Shown: positions 63,161 through 64,000 of the stretch, in pieces
How the letters are laid out: each line of letters begins with the position of its first letter
Numbering within the stretch: the first letter of the stretch is position 1
Source: Eubacteriales bacterium
GTDB lineage: Bacteria > Bacillota > Clostridia > Oscillospirales > CAG-272
Assembly: GCA_045638685.1 (NCBI GenBank)
Contig: JAZUBT010000018.1
Span: 12,329-76,328 of the forward strand
Direction of reading: 5' to 3'
Length of the DNA: 64,000 bases
The notes under the pieces: generated by a model
Database searches by the model: none
What the model saw: only the letters and a program-made list of their open reading frames with translations
What the model was told of the DNA's origin: nothing
Translations under genes and position numbers: made by a program

Positions 63161-64000
63161 ATGTCAAAAGCAAATATGAGTCTTACAAAAAACGCGATGC
63201 CTACGCAGGACGCGAAGGTACGCGCGCATAACTTCGACGAGGTTGCTCTCGGATACACCGAGGACGCGGCAATAGATGAGGCAATGAGATGCCTTAACTG
63301 TAAAAATATGCCCTGTGTAAGCGGTTGTCCCGTTAAAATTCATATCCCCGAATTTATAAACAAAATAAAAAACAGCGATTTTGAGGGCGCATATCAGATA
63401 ATTACGAAATCCTCTTCACTACCCGCAGTTTGCGGCCGCGTTTGTCCCCAAGAGGTACAGTGTGAATCAAAGTGCGTAAGAGGAATTAAGGGCGAGAGTG
63501 TCGGCATTGGCCGTCTTGAACGCTTTGTTGCCGACTGGCATAACACCTTCTGCACCGAAGAACCCGCGCGTCCCGAAAGCAACGGTCATAAGGTTGCTAT
63601 CGTCGGCTCAGGCCCTTCCGGACTTACCTGTGCGGGCGACCTTGCGAAGAAAGGCTACGAGGTTACGGTTTACGAAGCTCTGCACACCGCAGGCGGCGTT
63701 CTTGTTTACGGTATTCCCGAATTCCGTCTCCCGAAGAAAATCGTTGCAAAAGAGGTTAACGCTCTTGAAAAGCTTGGCGTTAAAATCGAGACTAACGTTG
63801 TTATCGGTAAGACCTTGACTATCGACGAGCTCTTTGAGCAGGGATACAAGGCTGTATTCGTTGGCTCTGGTGCAGGTCTGCCTAACTTCATGGGTATTCC
63901 CGGGGAGGCTCTTAACGGCGTTTATTCCGCAAACGAGTTCCTTACAAGAAGTAACCTTATGAAATCCTATCTTGATAGCCCCGAAACACCCATTATGAAG
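63161..64000 (+). CDS. NADPH-dependent glutamate synthase small-subunit homologue (GltD/NfnB-like), 3' partial
   Basis: Absent from the track because there is no stop in the window. The ATG at 63161 follows AAGGAGG. CLNCKNMPCVSGCP and CGRVCPQEVQCESKC are Fe-S motifs. VAIVGSGPSGLTCAGDLAKKGYEVTVYE is an FAD/NAD motif. The frame stays open to 64000. Confidence 0.9.
   Translation, partial: MSKANMSLTKNAMPTQDAKVRAHNFDEVALGYTEDAAIDEAMRCLNCKNMPCVSGCPVKIHIPEFINKIKNSDFEGAYQIITKSSSLPAVCGRVCPQEVQCESKCVRGIKGESVGIGRLERFVADWHNTFCTEEPARPESNGHKVAIVGSGPSGLTCAGDLAKKGYEVTVYEALHTAGGVLVYGIPEFRLPKKIVAKEVNALEKLGVKIETNVVIGKTLTIDELFEQGYKAVFVGSGAGLPNFMGIPGEALNGVYSANEFLTRSNLMKSYLDSPETPIMK

Overview
The window looks like a chromosomal segment of a spore-forming Firmicute, probably Clostridia. 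Supporting genes are dpaAB, spoIIR, a CIRCE-controlled hrcA-grpE-dnaK operon and lepA-hemW. No rRNA, tRNA, CRISPR array, transposase or integrase was seen.

**Left part (1-12.2 kb, reverse strand).** This carries a trigger-factor-like PPIase lipoprotein, then an acyl carrier protein (ACP)/hypothetical/HD-domain/dus unit with its own consensus promoter. Next is a full aromatic amino-acid supraoperon: pheA-aroB-aroC-aroE/aroK fusion-aroQ-aroA-tyrA-aroG.

**Most interesting feature.** The aromatic operon is preceded by a consensus promoter, a Shine-Dalgarno (SD) ribosome-binding site and a 54-codon ORF that is too short for the supplied track. Its core reads FFAYSYFYYFF and it is interleaved with two intrinsic-terminator hairpins. 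This looks like a ribosome-mediated Phe/Tyr attenuator rather than a T-box.

**Middle part (12.3-38.1 kb).**
- DUF4375-like gene, dpaAB, a lipid kinase and rubrerythrin.
- A co-directional GNAT, radical-SAM-like and membrane Lnt-type CN-hydrolase (nitrilase-superfamily) trio.
- spoIIR, a HIT protein, and hrcA-grpE-dnaK without dnaJ.
- A PAP2 phosphatase and lepA-hemW.
- Two ABC-2 exporter pairs flanking a PaaI thioesterase.
- A Y-family polymerase/YolD pair and a short-chain dehydrogenase/reductase (SDR).

**Right part (38.2-62.0 kb, forward strand).** This is a roughly 24 kb Wzx/Wzy-type polysaccharide locus that is visibly more A+T-rich in parts. It contains:
- an initiating phosphoglycosyl transferase (PGT) and five glycosyltransferases (GTs);
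- four acyltransferases;
- a CDP-6-deoxyhexose pathway lacking 3-deoxygenation genes;
- two paralogous TupA-like ATP-grasp ligases bracketing an acetyltransferase between two copies of a ~71-nt repeat;
- a sodium:solute symporter with a translationally coupled 30-codon membrane ORF;
- a uronate epimerase, GalK-family kinase and nucleotidyltransferase module that looks like sugar salvage.

**End of window.** An nfnA-like gene and a gltD/nfnB-like gene (the latter partial) sit behind a promoter and a terminator-like leader hairpin.

All functional calls come from motif recognition by eye. No database search was possible.
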